Source: Candidatus Zymogenaceae bacterium
GTDB lineage: Bacteria > Desulfobacterota > Zymogenia > Zymogenales > Zymogenaceae
Length of the DNA stretch: 64,000 nt
Assembly (NCBI GenBank): GCA_016931225.1
Contig: JAFGFE010000035.1
Span: forward strand, 119,638 to 183,637
Direction: 5' to 3'
A program made the position numbers and the translations under genes. The notes under the pieces were generated by a model, which was given only the letters and a program-made list of their open reading frames with translations, was not told where the DNA came from and searched no databases. Shown piece after piece: positions 1-10,647 of this stretch (the first letter of the stretch is position 1; the number at the start of each line of letters is the position of its first letter).

Positions 1-57
1 TCATGGATTTCACGGCACGGGGCTGTCTTCTATCTAACCACGGAGCCTGTGTATCAT

Positions 58-2064
58 ATGGAACTCGTAAGACTCTTCGAACCTATCACCATAAACAAGC
101 TCACCGTTAAAAACCGCATCGTCATGCCCGCCATGGGCCTTCTCTTCACCGATGATTTCATGTTTAACGAGCGCTATCAAGCCTACTTTCGGGAACGGGC
201 GGAAGGTGGTGTGGGCCTGATGATTATGGGCCCGCTGGCCATCGACCTGGTGGGGTGTGCCCCCTATATGCCCGCCCTCTTCGATGACCGAAACATCCCC
301 GCCTTCCAGTCCTTCATAAAGGACGTCAAGAAGAAGACCGGCGTGGCGGTGGGCACCCAGCTCTTTCACATGGGGCGCTACGCCTACTCCTTCGTTACCG
401 GGAAGAAGCCCATCGCCCCGTCTCCGGTGCCCAGCCGTCTGACCGGGGAAACCCCCCGGGAGATGACGAAGGAGGACATCGAAATCGTCCAGGAGGCCTT
501 CGTCACCGCCGCCGTCAACGCCATGGAGGCCGGATTTGAATACATCGAGCCGGTGGGGTGCACCGGATACCTCATCAGTCAGTTTTTGAGTCCCTTCACG
601 AACCTCCGCACCGATGAATACGGCGGCTCTTTGGAAAACCGTATGCGCTTCGGCTGTGAGGTGATCGAAAAGATCAGGAAGGCAGTCGGCCCCGATTTCT
701 GCCTCGGCATGCGCATCGCCGGGCACGATTTTATGGAGGGGGGCAACACCAACCGGGAGGCGGCGCTCTTCGCCGCCGCCCTGGAGAAGGTCGGCCTCAA
801 CTCCGTGAACGTCACCGGCGGCTGGCATGAAACCCGCACCCCCCAACTCACCAGCAACGTTCCCCCCGGGGCGTATGTCTATCTCGCCAGGGGTGTCAAG
901 GAGGCGGTGTCCATCCCGGTGTTCGCCTCCAATCGACTGGGAGACCCGGAGCTGGCGGAGCGGACCCTGCGTTCCGGTGCCGCGGACCTGATCTGCTGGG
1001 GACGCCCCCTCATCGCCGACCCCGAGCTTCCCAACAAGCTCAAAAAAGGCCGCACAGATGAGGTCGTCTCGTGCATTTCGTGCAATCAGGGTTGTTTCGA
1101 TTCGATCTTCAGCGGACAGGCGGTGCACTGCGTCCTGAACCCCCGGGTGGGTCGTGAGTCCGAGCTGACCATCGAGCCCGCAAAGAAGAAAAAGAAGATT
1201 TTTGTCGCCGGCGGCGGACCTTCGGGTATGGAATTCGCCATTATCGCCGCCCAGCGGGGACACACGGTAACCCTCTTCGAGAAACAGGATGAGCTCGGCG
1301 GCCAAATCAACCTGGCCACCGTTCCTCCGGGCAAGGGGGAGTTCAATAAAATAGTCGCGAGCATGAAAAACCGCATGGACGCATACGGCGTGACCGTTAA
1401 AACAGGAACCCCCCTGACGAAAAAAATCATCAGTACCGAAAAGCCGGACCTGGTGGTGGTGGCCACCGGCGCCGAACCCATCACGCCGCCGATCCCGGGC
1501 ATCGATAAATCCCACGTGGTGGGCGCCTGGGACGTGCTGACCGATCGGATTCCCGACATCGGCGATGACGTGGTCATCATCGGCGGCAGCGCCACCGGCT
1601 GCGAAACCGCCCACTACATCGCCTCTCAGGAGATGATGGATTACGAAACCTTCAGCTTCCTGATGTATCACAACGCCGAGGACCCGGTATACGCCATGGA
1701 GCTTTTGCACCGCACGCAGCGGCGAATCACCGTGGTAGACATGGTCGATCGCCTGGCGGATAATGTGAGCCGAACGTCCCGCTGGTCTCTGATGAAAAGC
1801 CTCAGGCTCAGCGGCGTCGATCTTCGACCGTCCACAATAGTCAAAGAGATCACCGATGCCGGTGTTGTGGTTGAGTCCGACAAGGGTACCGAGACGATAC
1901 CGGCGGATACGGTGATCATCGCCGTGGGCGCAAAGCCGGTCAAAACCCTGGCGGACGATCTCTCATCCGCCGATGTCCCGGTCATCGTCATCGGAGACGC
2001 GTCGGAACCCCGGAAGATAGCGGATGCGGTCCGGGAGGGGTTCTGTGAAGCCCGGACAATCTGA
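58..2064 (+). CDS. 2,4-dienoyl-CoA reductase-like NADH:flavin oxidoreductase (Old Yellow Enzyme TIM-barrel fused to FAD/NAD(P)-binding domain)
   Basis: ORF 49..2064 starts with GTG; first ATG at 58 (MELVRLFEPITI..). N-terminal OYE-like FMN domain, CISCNQGCF 4Fe-4S motif, C-terminal GGGPSG Rossmann region; ~670 aa as in FadH-type enzymes. Confidence 0.7.
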   Translation: MELVRLFEPITINKLTVKNRIVMPAMGLLFTDDFMFNERYQAYFRERAEGGVGLMIMGPLAIDLVGCAPYMPALFDDRNIPAFQSFIKDVKKKTGVAVGTQLFHMGRYAYSFVTGKKPIAPSPVPSRLTGETPREMTKEDIEIVQEAFVTAAVNAMEAGFEYIEPVGCTGYLISQFLSPFTNLRTDEYGGSLENRMRFGCEVIEKIRKAVGPDFCLGMRIAGHDFMEGGNTNREAALFAAALEKVGLNSVNVTGGWHETRTPQLTSNVPPGAYVYLARGVKEAVSIPVFASNRLGDPELAERTLRSGAADLICWGRPLIADPELPNKLKKGRTDEVVSCISCNQGCFDSIFSGQAVHCVLNPRVGRESELTIEPAKKKKKIFVAGGGPSGMEFAIIAAQRGHTVTLFEKQDELGGQINLATVPPGKGEFNKIVASMKNRMDAYGVTVKTGTPLTKKIISTEKPDLVVVATGAEPITPPIPGIDKSHVVGAWDVLTDRIPDIGDDVVIIGGSATGCETAHYIASQEMMDYETFSFLMYHNAEDPVYAMELLHRTQRRITVVDMVDRLADNVSRTSRWSLMKSLRLSGVDLRPSTIVKEITDAGVVVESDKGTETIPADTVIIAVGAKPVKTLADDLSSADVPVIVIGDASEPRKIADAVREGFCEARTI

Positions 2065-2224
2065 GAACACCTTCGATCACGCCGGAAACTCTATTGCATT
2101 TTCATCCCCGGTGTGATACCACAAGAAAACGGGGAGGGTCGATCCCTCGGGATGGCCCTCCGCACGTCAATTAAATCATATATTCTATTCATATTAGTAT
2201 ACGTATCGGAACTGGAGACATACT

Positions 2225-3736
2225 ATGGCCAAGAAATTCGACGCCGTGGTTATCGGCGCCGGTCTGGGGGGAATGTCCGCAGCGGCGATGCTGGCAAAGA
2301 ACGGAAAATCGGTGATGCTGCTTGAGCGTCACAACGTCCCCGGCGGCTACGCCACCTCCTTTCGCCGTGGACGGTTCGAGTTCGACATCTCCCTTCACGA
2401 ACTCTCCGGCGTCGGCAGCCCCGAGGCGAGGGGGGCGCTGTTCCCCTATCTTGAATCCCTGGGCGTGACCGAAAAGGTGGAATTCATCCCCATGCACCAG
2501 CTCTACCGGGTCATCGACGGGGACCTGGACCTGACCGTTCCCGCGGGACGGGATGAGTGCAACGAATTCTTCATGGAGCACTTCCCGAAGGAGACCGACG
2601 GCATCGAAAAATTCTTCGACGCCATGCAGGATTTGATGAAAGACTACGGCGGCGTCATAGGCGGCGCGTCAGTCGGCGCCGACGACCTCACCCCGGAAAA
2701 GTTCCCCAATTTCATCAAGCACGGCATGAAGACCTACGGCGAGGTCCTGGACGACTGCATCACCGATCAGGACCTGAAGAACGCCCTCTCCCCCTACTGG
2801 GGCTACGGGGGGCTGCCCCCCTCGAAGCTCCCCTTTCACTTGATGGCCTCCATCTGGGAGGCGTACCTCGGCGCACCCCCGGCCCACATCCGGGGCACCT
2901 GCCAGGCGCTGTCCAACGCGTTCGTGGAGATCGTACTGGAAAACGGCGGCGAGGTGAAATTCAACTGCGGGGTGAAAAAAATCCTTACAAGCTCTGACAA
3001 GGTGACCGGGGTTATCACAGACGACGACCGTAAAATACAGACCTCGGTGATCGTCTCCAACGCGAATCCCCTTTCCACGATGATCGATCTTTTGGGCCTG
3101 GAACACGCCCCGAAGGCGTTCATGCGGGACATCAACAGCCGCATCATCGGCTTCTCCACCTTCAACGTGTATCTGGGACTCGACTGTCCGCCGGAGGAGG
3201 TGGGCACAATGGTCCATGAAAACTTCATCAACATGGGTGGAGACGTCGACGCCATCTGGGAGCGGGGATTCACCCTCGATCCCCCGGAGAGCGTCCTCTT
3301 TACCAACTACAACGCCACCGACCCGCAGTTTTCCCCGCCGGGCACCACGGTGGCGGTGCTGCTGTCGGTGTGCTACGCCCGCCCCTGGTACTACATTCCC
3401 CCGGATCAGTACGTGGAAACCAAGAACGCCTACGCCGAGGCACTGCTTTCTGTATCCGAAAAGCACTTCCCGGGCTTTCGTGACCACATCGAGGTGATCG
3501 AGGTGTCCACGCCGGTTACGAACATGCGATACACCGGAAATCCGGGCGGCACGATCTACGGGTTCGACCAGTACCTGTCCGATTCCGGAATGCTCAGGCT
3601 CCGGCACAAGGGACCCGTCGGCGGCCTCTTTTTCGCCTCGGCGTGGACCATTCCCGGCGGCGGCTACCAGCCGTCCATCATGGCTGGCTCTATCGCCGCG
3701 GGCCGCGCCCTGGCCCACATCGCCAAGGGGGCGTAA
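2225..3736 (+). CDS. FAD-dependent oxidoreductase, phytoene-desaturase (CrtI/COG1233) family, paralog 1
   Basis: 503 aa; N-terminal DAVVIGAGLGG..LLERHNVPGGYA dinucleotide-binding motif, C-terminal FASAWTIPGGGYQPSI motif typical of CrtI-like amine-oxidase-fold enzymes. Confidence 0.65.
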   Translation: MAKKFDAVVIGAGLGGMSAAAMLAKNGKSVMLLERHNVPGGYATSFRRGRFEFDISLHELSGVGSPEARGALFPYLESLGVTEKVEFIPMHQLYRVIDGDLDLTVPAGRDECNEFFMEHFPKETDGIEKFFDAMQDLMKDYGGVIGGASVGADDLTPEKFPNFIKHGMKTYGEVLDDCITDQDLKNALSPYWGYGGLPPSKLPFHLMASIWEAYLGAPPAHIRGTCQALSNAFVEIVLENGGEVKFNCGVKKILTSSDKVTGVITDDDRKIQTSVIVSNANPLSTMIDLLGLEHAPKAFMRDINSRIIGFSTFNVYLGLDCPPEEVGTMVHENFINMGGDVDAIWERGFTLDPPESVLFTNYNATDPQFSPPGTTVAVLLSVCYARPWYYIPPDQYVETKNAYAEALLSVSEKHFPGFRDHIEVIEVSTPVTNMRYTGNPGGTIYGFDQYLSDSGMLRLRHKGPVGGLFFASAWTIPGGGYQPSIMAGSIAAGRALAHIAKGA

Positions 3737-3814
3737 CACATCGTTTTTTATGAATATCGAGCACCCCATTCTATGGGGGATATCAGATCTATCGAGCAAT
3801 TCTAAAGGAGTTCA

Positions 3815-5320
3815 TTGATGCCGAAAAAGTATGACGCGGTGGTCATCGGCGCCGGTCTGGGCGGGCTCTCCGCCGCGACGCTCCTGGCACGAAGCGGGAA
3901 AAAGGTGCTGCTTCTGGAGCGGCACAACATCCCCGGCGGATACGCCACCACCTTCTGTCGGGGCCGCTTCGAATTCGACATCTCACTGCACGAGCTGTCG
4001 GGGATCGGGACACCGGAAGAGCGGGGCGACCTCTATAAGTACCTGGAGATGGTGGGCGTCACGGAAAAAATGACGTTTCTTCCCATGCCGGACCTCTTTC
4101 GTGTAGCCGACGATGACCTTGACATGACCATCCCTGCGGGAAGGGACACATCCCAGGAATACCTGATGGACCACTTCCCGAAGGAGGCGGAGAAGATAGA
4201 CACGTTCTTCGAGGTCATGCGGGACGTGATGAACGATTTCCGCGGAATCATCGGCGGCGCGGCGAACCCGACCGCGGACCTGACGCCGGAGAAATTTCCG
4301 GGCTACGTCAAATACGGGATGAAGCCCTGGGGCGAGGTACTGGACAGCATGATCGATGATGATCGGCTCAAGAAGGTGCTCTCGGCCTACTGGGGATACC
4401 TGGGCCTGCCGCCCTCGAAGCTCCCGTTTCACCTGATGACCGCCGTGTGGGAGTCGTTTCTGGACACCCCACCCTACCACATCCGGGGACGCTGCCAGGC
4501 GCTGTCCAACGCGTTTGTCGAGGTAATCTGTGAAAACGGCGGCGAGGTGAAATTCAACTGCGGCGCGAAAAAGATCCTCACCGACGGAAAAGAGATATCC
4601 GGCGTCATCACCGATGAAGACGAGGAAATATCCACGAAAGTCGTCATCTCCAACGCCAACCCCCACACCACCCTCATCGACCTGGTGGGTATGGAACACG
4701 CGCCCAAAAAGGTCCTGAAGGACATCACCAGCCGCCCCGCCGGGTTTTCCACCGTCAACCTGTACGTGGGGCTTGCGTGCCCGCCGGAAACCATTGGGGC
4801 GAAGGTGCATGAAAACTTCATAAAAATGGCGGGGGATATCGAGAACATGTGGGAGGAGTCGTTCACCCTGAAACCTCCCCGGGGCTTTCTTTTGACCTGC
4901 TACAACGTCACCGATCCTGAGTTCTCACCGCCGGGGACATCGGTCGTGGTGATTACCTCCTCGGCGTACGCCCGGCCCTGGTACCTGCTGCCCCCGGAGC
5001 GCTATGTGGAGGAGAAAAACGCCTATGCGGCGGCGATCCTTGACATCGCCGAGGAATTCTACCCCGGATTCAAGGAACACATCGAGGTGATAGAGGTGGC
5101 CACCCCCATCACCAACATGCGCTACACCGGCAATCCGGGCGGGGCCATATACGGTTCCGAGCAGTACCTGTCCGACTCCGGCATGCTCAGGCTCAGGCAT
5201 AAGACCCCCATCGGCGGGCTCTTCTTTGCGTCGGCCTGGACTATCCCCGGCGGCGGTTATCAGCCGTCCATATCGTCCGGGTCCATCGCAGCGGGCAGGG
5301 CCCTGGCCAAACTGTCATAA
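3815..5320 (+). CDS. FAD-dependent oxidoreductase, phytoene-desaturase (CrtI/COG1233) family, paralog 2 (tandem duplicate)
   Basis: 501 aa, colinear with the upstream paralog over full length (same motifs at same positions). Confidence 0.65.
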   Translation: MMPKKYDAVVIGAGLGGLSAATLLARSGKKVLLLERHNIPGGYATTFCRGRFEFDISLHELSGIGTPEERGDLYKYLEMVGVTEKMTFLPMPDLFRVADDDLDMTIPAGRDTSQEYLMDHFPKEAEKIDTFFEVMRDVMNDFRGIIGGAANPTADLTPEKFPGYVKYGMKPWGEVLDSMIDDDRLKKVLSAYWGYLGLPPSKLPFHLMTAVWESFLDTPPYHIRGRCQALSNAFVEVICENGGEVKFNCGAKKILTDGKEISGVITDEDEEISTKVVISNANPHTTLIDLVGMEHAPKKVLKDITSRPAGFSTVNLYVGLACPPETIGAKVHENFIKMAGDIENMWEESFTLKPPRGFLLTCYNVTDPEFSPPGTSVVVITSSAYARPWYLLPPERYVEEKNAYAAAILDIAEEFYPGFKEHIEVIEVATPITNMRYTGNPGGAIYGSEQYLSDSGMLRLRHKTPIGGLFFASAWTIPGGGYQPSISSGSIAAGRALAKLS

Positions 5321-5334
5321 AGAGGACTGGAATA

Positions 5335-6495
5335 ATGAAAATAAGCGAATTTTTAAGCCACGTGGAAGGATTCAACGAAGCCGTCAACGAGCGGGAGGTG
5401 CTCAAAAGGGTCATGGGGGACATCACCATCCCCAAGGAGTTTGCCAAGAACTTCGTGCAGCAGCTCCACCCGGACAACATCCAGGCGAAGGTGGTGGACA
5501 TCATCGAGGAAACGTCCACCGCCAAGACATTCCGCCTGGCCCCGAAAAGCGGCTATCTCCCCCCGTTCCGAGCGGGCCAGTACGTCACCTGGGAGGTGAC
5601 CATCGGTAATGTAAAGACGGGCCGGGCCTTTTCCATCTCCTCCCCCCCGAACCAGCGGGGATTTTACGACATCACGGTCAGGAGGATGCCCGAAGGATTC
5701 GTCTCCCACTATCTCATGGACGACGTGAAGGTCGGCGACGAATTCACCCTCAGGGGACCGGCGGGGACCTTTTACCACGAGCCTCTGACAGACGGGAAGG
5801 ACCTGGTGTTCCTGGCAGGCGGCTCCGGCATCACCCCGTTTCGCAGCATCATCCAGGAGACGGCCGAGAGGGGGCTTGATTTCAACATCTGGCTGATATA
5901 CGGCAGCCGCACCGAGGACGATGTAATCTTTGGCGATGAGCTGAAGGCCATGAGCGAAAAGCACAAAAACATCAACGTGGAGACGGTCATCAGCGAGCCG
6001 GGTAAGAATTACAAGGGCGTGACCGGCTTCATCACCAGTGATGTCATTAAAAAGATTGTGGGCAAGGTTGAGGGAAAGACCTTCTACATGTGTGGCCCCG
6101 AGGCGATGTATCAATTCTGTAAACCTGAGGTCGAGAAGCTGAAGGTACCCCGGAGAAAATTCAAGATTGAATCCTACGGCCCCCCGGCGGACATCACGAA
6201 AGAGGCGGGCTGGCCGAAGGAGATCAAGGCCGACGACGAGTTTTCGGTGAAGGTCAACGGAGAAAAGACCATCAAGGTGAAGGCGGGAGAGCCGCTGCTC
6301 AACAGCCTGGAGCGAAACGGCCTGGTGGCGCCTTACTTGTGCAGGAGCGGCGAGTGCAGCTACTGCCGTACAAAGGTCGTCTCCGGAAAGGTCTTTATGC
6401 CCGATCGCGTGCCGGTGCGGGAGGCGGACCGGTGGTACAACTACGTCCACGCATGTCTCTCCTACCCGCTGTCCGACCTGGAGATCAGGTACTGA
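5335..6495 (+). CDS. ferredoxin-NAD(P) reductase-like flavoprotein with C-terminal 2Fe-2S ferredoxin domain
   Basis: 386 aa; FAD-binding RAFSISS motif, NAD-binding LAGGSGITPF motif, C-terminal CRSGECSYC..C plant-type 2Fe-2S cysteines; ~60-aa N-terminal extension of unknown nature. Confidence 0.6.
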   Translation: MKISEFLSHVEGFNEAVNEREVLKRVMGDITIPKEFAKNFVQQLHPDNIQAKVVDIIEETSTAKTFRLAPKSGYLPPFRAGQYVTWEVTIGNVKTGRAFSISSPPNQRGFYDITVRRMPEGFVSHYLMDDVKVGDEFTLRGPAGTFYHEPLTDGKDLVFLAGGSGITPFRSIIQETAERGLDFNIWLIYGSRTEDDVIFGDELKAMSEKHKNINVETVISEPGKNYKGVTGFITSDVIKKIVGKVEGKTFYMCGPEAMYQFCKPEVEKLKVPRRKFKIESYGPPADITKEAGWPKEIKADDEFSVKVNGEKTIKVKAGEPLLNSLERNGLVAPYLCRSGECSYCRTKVVSGKVFMPDRVPVREADRWYNYVHACLSYPLSDLEIRY

Positions 6496-6640
6496 TCTCT
6501 CACATCGAGACGTCAGACGTCCATCGCACAATTAAACACGGGCGTGTCGGATCGACACGCCCGTGTTTTGTCTATACATCGATATGCTGCACGTCGCCCC
6601 CCCTCTCTTCCCCGGACACCCTCCCCCACGCCGCCGCCCC

Positions 6641-7801
6641 TCAGTCGGCGGAAATCGACACCCCCGCGACGAAGACCTCCTCGATATGCAATTCCCCATC
6701 AAGAACCAGGAGGCTCGCCTCCTTGCCCACGGTGATACTCCCCAGATGTTTATCGAGACCCAGAAGCCGGGCTGGGGTGAGCGATGCGGCCCGGAACACG
6801 TGGGCCAGGGGAATGGAGGTTTTAGTCGCCAGGTTCCTGATCCCGGCCATCTGGGGGCTTGCGCTTCCGGCCAGCACGTCCGTCCCGCCGATCATGACCT
6901 TCCCGCCTTTCACCAGGCATTTCACGCCGAAAAACTCATACTCCCCCTCGGCAAGACCCAGCGCCCCCACCGAGTCGGAGATCAGGACCATTCGGTCCGG
7001 ACCCTTCAAACGATAGATCATCTCCAGAATCGGCATCGCCAGGTGAAAACCGTCGCCGATGCACTCGGCATAGAGGCTGTCCAGAAGCAGCGCCGCCGCG
7101 ATCACCCCCGGTTCCCGGTGGTGCAAGGGACGCATGGCATTAAAGGTGTGGCATGTCAGCGTAAGCCCCCTGGCGCTCGCCTCGACGATCTGGTCGAACG
7201 TGGCGTCGGTATGGACCGCCCCGGCGATGATATTTTTCGCCGTCAGGTCCTCTATCAACTCCATGCCGCCGGGGATCTCCGGAGCGAGGCTCATGGTTCT
7301 AACACGCCCCTCCGATGCATCGATGTACGCGTCGATGTCCCCGGAATCACGCCGGTACTCCCTGATGGCGTCCTGCCGCTGGGCGCCGGCCCGCTGGAGC
7401 GACAGATACGGCCCCTCCATGTGGATGCCCAGGATCTTCGCCCCGGAGACGGAATCCGCAGCCCCTGCGATGGTTGAAAGGACCGACAGCGTCTCCTCGA
7501 AGTGGGACGTCCCTACGGTGGGAAGAAACCCGACAGTGCCGTGACGGGCGATCGCCAGAGACATCTCGTCCAGGCCGTCCGTCGTGGCCATCTCGCTCAT
7601 GTGCCCCGCGGCTCCGTGGATATGGCTGTCGATGAGGCCCGGCGCGATATAGCGGTCGCGCGCGTCGATGATGCGGGCACCCTTTGCATCCAACCCGCGC
7701 CCCACGGCACCGATAACGTCGTTCGTAATCAACACATTACTGTTTTCTTCACATCTGTCCGGCAAGATCACCGTCCCGCCCTGTATCAGTATATCCGTCA
7801 C
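6641..7801 (-). CDS. nagA: N-acetylglucosamine-6-phosphate deacetylase
   Basis: 386 aa; amidohydrolase signature GLIDSHIHG near N-terminus, length and overall pattern typical of NagA. Confidence 0.75.
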   Translation of the reverse strand: MTDILIQGGTVILPDRCEENSNVLITNDVIGAVGRGLDAKGARIIDARDRYIAPGLIDSHIHGAAGHMSEMATTDGLDEMSLAIARHGTVGFLPTVGTSHFEETLSVLSTIAGAADSVSGAKILGIHMEGPYLSLQRAGAQRQDAIREYRRDSGDIDAYIDASEGRVRTMSLAPEIPGGMELIEDLTAKNIIAGAVHTDATFDQIVEASARGLTLTCHTFNAMRPLHHREPGVIAAALLLDSLYAECIGDGFHLAMPILEMIYRLKGPDRMVLISDSVGALGLAEGEYEFFGVKCLVKGGKVMIGGTDVLAGSASPQMAGIRNLATKTSIPLAHVFRAASLTPARLLGLDKHLGSITVGKEASLLVLDGELHIEEVFVAGVSISAD

Positions 7802-9162
7802 AACTCCCTCTCTTTCCTTTCCGTTTCAGAGGATCGAGCCACCATCCGCTTCGCTCCATCTATCAGCCGGTGAATCGATTCGGCATCGAGGACGGCCATG
7901 AGAGATTCATATTCCACTCCGTTCTCGTCCTCACCTCCGCTATTATCTCCAGAAGACCGAGCCAAGTATCCAAAATAGTCTCCGGCGTACCCGCATACCA
8001 TCAGCGGCATACCCGAGTTTTTTTTCAAATCAAGGGCCGTCTCGGACATCACCTCTCCGGGAAAGAAGACGATTAAGAGCCCCCCGATTTCAACCAGGGA
8101 CACGGCCGTGTCCATGGATCGATCTCCGAAGTGGGCCCGAGGACCGCCCATGCCGGAAAGCAGCAGCGTCGCCAGCGTCCCCTCCCGCACCGACTCCAGC
8201 CGCCGGAGCCTCCCCGGGTCGGCGCCCCTCCCACGCTCCCGGGCGAGGGCCTCCTCGGCCCGGTCAAACGCCCGTCGGGCGACCTCCACGTCCGGATATT
8301 TTCGATACGCAACCGTGACCGCGGTCTTTTGAATCGACACCGCCCGGCCGGAGATCTGTTTCTCGTTTTCCCGGGCCGCCAAGGCCGCCGCCGCCAGGAT
8401 CTCCCCGAAGCGGTCCCGCTCGCCAACCCTGTCCGTATCTCTCCGGGTGAAGCGGGTGCTCACGTCCCCGGAGCCGCCGTTGAGAAATAAAAACACCCCC
8501 CCCTTCGCATCCAGTCGGGACAATCCCGCACCCACAAAATCGGCGGAAAACAAAAGATTATCCGGCCCCAAAGCCGTGGGGTGGCAGCCGTAATTGACGA
8601 GCCGTGCGATCGTCCCGCCTGATTCATCTACGAACCGGGCGAATACCAGCTCATCGTCCACCGCCCGCTCTGGCTCGTTTCGATGGGTCCCGATATTTCC
8701 GACCGCGGCGCTCCCGATGCGAAGCGCCGCCGGCACCGCTTTTCCCGGAAGGCCCCGGGCCGCCCTCGTGATGTGTTCCGTCACACGTTCGAGATACCGC
8801 CCCTCACCGTCGCCTTCCCACCCAACCGGGGCCGAGCGGAACACCCCCGGTCCCGAGTGGGTGTGGACGGCCCAAACGACGACCCGCCCCGGCTCCACGC
8901 CGACCGCCTCACCAACCGTTCGGGCACATCGATCGCTCCATTCTCCCATTACATATATGAAATCGAGGGACACCAGGAGCACGCTCTCACTTCCGTTGCT
9001 CACATACAGAAGCCGTGCATATATCGGATCGAGGATCCCTTGGGAGACACCCTGGCGGAGTAGATACCCACCCAGGGGACTCCCGATGTCGGGGGTGATA
9101 TCGACGACTGTCGCCGCCGCCTGCAATGTATTGTGGGATGAATTCTCTTTCATAAACATCAA
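7798..9162 (-). CDS. neutral/alkaline ceramidase-like hydrolase family protein
   Basis: 454 aa; N-terminus VVDITPDIGSPLGGY..GILDPIYARLL..VSLD resembles the neutral ceramidase N-terminal domain; overlaps nagA stop by 4 nt (operon). Confidence 0.4.
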   Translation of the reverse strand: MMFMKENSSHNTLQAAATVVDITPDIGSPLGGYLLRQGVSQGILDPIYARLLYVSNGSESVLLVSLDFIYVMGEWSDRCARTVGEAVGVEPGRVVVWAVHTHSGPGVFRSAPVGWEGDGEGRYLERVTEHITRAARGLPGKAVPAALRIGSAAVGNIGTHRNEPERAVDDELVFARFVDESGGTIARLVNYGCHPTALGPDNLLFSADFVGAGLSRLDAKGGVFLFLNGGSGDVSTRFTRRDTDRVGERDRFGEILAAAALAARENEKQISGRAVSIQKTAVTVAYRKYPDVEVARRAFDRAEEALARERGRGADPGRLRRLESVREGTLATLLLSGMGGPRAHFGDRSMDTAVSLVEIGGLLIVFFPGEVMSETALDLKKNSGMPLMVCGYAGDYFGYLARSSGDNSGGEDENGVEYESLMAVLDAESIHRLIDGAKRMVARSSETERKEREL

Positions 9163-9440
9163 AAAAGACGGCTTACAATATCAGAATCCAGGGAGTACAA
9201 TCGACATTTATTGTATCACATTCGGCGTCCCTGAGCGACAGAACGACGAAGGCGTTATAAAATAACGACGCCCATGAGTGCATTATCTCAACGGAATGTG
9301 ATGCCCGGTGAGTCGCAAGCTTCACACGACGATTAGATTTTGTTCATGAGAAAGAAATAAGTACCGAAAGTCACATGCAAAATGATATATTTATCGGTAA
9401 ATCTTTCGCTTCCTGAATTATTTCGTGAGGAACTGTGACG

Positions 9441-10484
9441 ATGAAATCGAAAATCGTCTTTCTCGGTCTTTTTATTCTTTTAATCGTCTCTTTGACGTTT
9501 CTCCTCTCGTCGGTGTTCTATACGGCATCAAAAGAACGTATTCCGACGCCTCCCCTCCTGGGAAACGGCGAAGATATCATTGCATCGCTCCACGAGGACG
9601 CCGTATCCCCCCGCCCCTTTTCGATTTTTCTGGTGGGCGATACCCAGGTAAGCGGTTATTTCGAACAGTTCTACACCAAAACCGATATGCCCTCCCTCAT
9701 CGACTTCGGCATCATATTGGGAGATTTTGTCAGGAAGCCGGAAGATGAGTATCATACGTTCTTCATCATGGAATTCAGCGAGTGGGGCCTTGCGTATCCG
9801 ATCCTGCTTGTGCCCGGAAACCATGATATGGCCGTGACGGATAAATATCTTGCCCGAGAGGGCGCCTTTACCCGGGAAGACTTCGAACGTACCTACGGAC
9901 CCCGGAACGTCTCATTCATGCACGCGGGCTGCCTGTTCATCATCGTCGATAACATCTACAACACCGACTACATCTCATATATCCGAGACGCACTCTCACA
10001 AAGGCCGGAAGGTACCCTTATGACCTTCGTCTTCATGCATGTGCCCCCCCAGTCCCTTTCACCGCTCGTGGAATGCCGAGGGATCGATATGGAAGAGGAA
10101 TTCTTTTCTATCATCGAAGAATACGACGTCGACTATGTGATCTGCGGAGACTACCACTCCTATCTGGAGAGTGAATACGGAGACACCGGATTTATCATAA
10201 CCGGCGGGGGAGGCGCTGAGCTAGACGGAGAGAACGAATACAGCTTCTACCACTCGGTCTTCCTCTCCATCGACCCGGTACAGGGGCGCGTGGATCAAAG
10301 AATCTATCCCATCGCCAAGACATTCGAGCTCTTCGATGAAATCGAGATATTCATGATGTGCGTGATATACCCGCTCTTTGCGTACCATTTCCCGATATTT
10401 TCAGCGGTCATCCTCCTGAACCTCGTATTGCTTGTAACCTGCGGTATCCTGATACGGCGTTCACGCGCGGGTTCATCGAGATGA
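9441..10484 (+). CDS. membrane-anchored metallophosphoesterase (calcineurin-like)
   Basis: ORF 9435 starts with GTG, ATG at 9441 (MKSKIVFLGLF..). N-terminal and C-terminal hydrophobic segments; phosphoesterase motifs LVGDTQ and GNHD. Confidence 0.55.
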   Translation: MKSKIVFLGLFILLIVSLTFLLSSVFYTASKERIPTPPLLGNGEDIIASLHEDAVSPRPFSIFLVGDTQVSGYFEQFYTKTDMPSLIDFGIILGDFVRKPEDEYHTFFIMEFSEWGLAYPILLVPGNHDMAVTDKYLAREGAFTREDFERTYGPRNVSFMHAGCLFIIVDNIYNTDYISYIRDALSQRPEGTLMTFVFMHVPPQSLSPLVECRGIDMEEEFFSIIEEYDVDYVICGDYHSYLESEYGDTGFIITGGGGAELDGENEYSFYHSVFLSIDPVQGRVDQRIYPIAKTFELFDEIEIFMMCVIYPLFAYHFPIFSAVILLNLVLLVTCGILIRRSRAGSSR

Positions 10485-10598
10485 GCGGTATCGACCGATC
10501 CTACGGTATACCGGATTCTCCCCCAGATCGACGGCCATGATCATACCGCTTCATGGATGTACCGAGAGCCCTGAAGTATTATATAAAAAAAGAAAAAA

Positions 10599-10628
10599 GC
10601 CCGCAGATGAAAACCTGCGGGCCTTTCT
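10599..10628. terminator. bidirectional rho-independent terminator between convergent genes
   Basis: GCCCGCAG-atgaaaac-CTGCGGGC flanked by A-run upstream and T-rich downstream. Confidence 0.6.
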
Positions 10629-10647
10629 GTGTCAGTACTCCTCTTGA

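Noticed and set aside
34-1710. 558-aa ORF antisense to the FadH-like gene. Other long antisense ORFs look the same: 2669..3799, 3983..4810, 5353..6531, 28238..28948, 29403..30377, 34975..36003, 38320..39675, 59994..61433 and 46470..47570.
   Set aside because: High GC suppresses stop codons on the antisense strand. Their translations are low-complexity (R/G/A/H-rich) with no recognisable domains. Each fully overlaps a gene with clear homology-type signatures.
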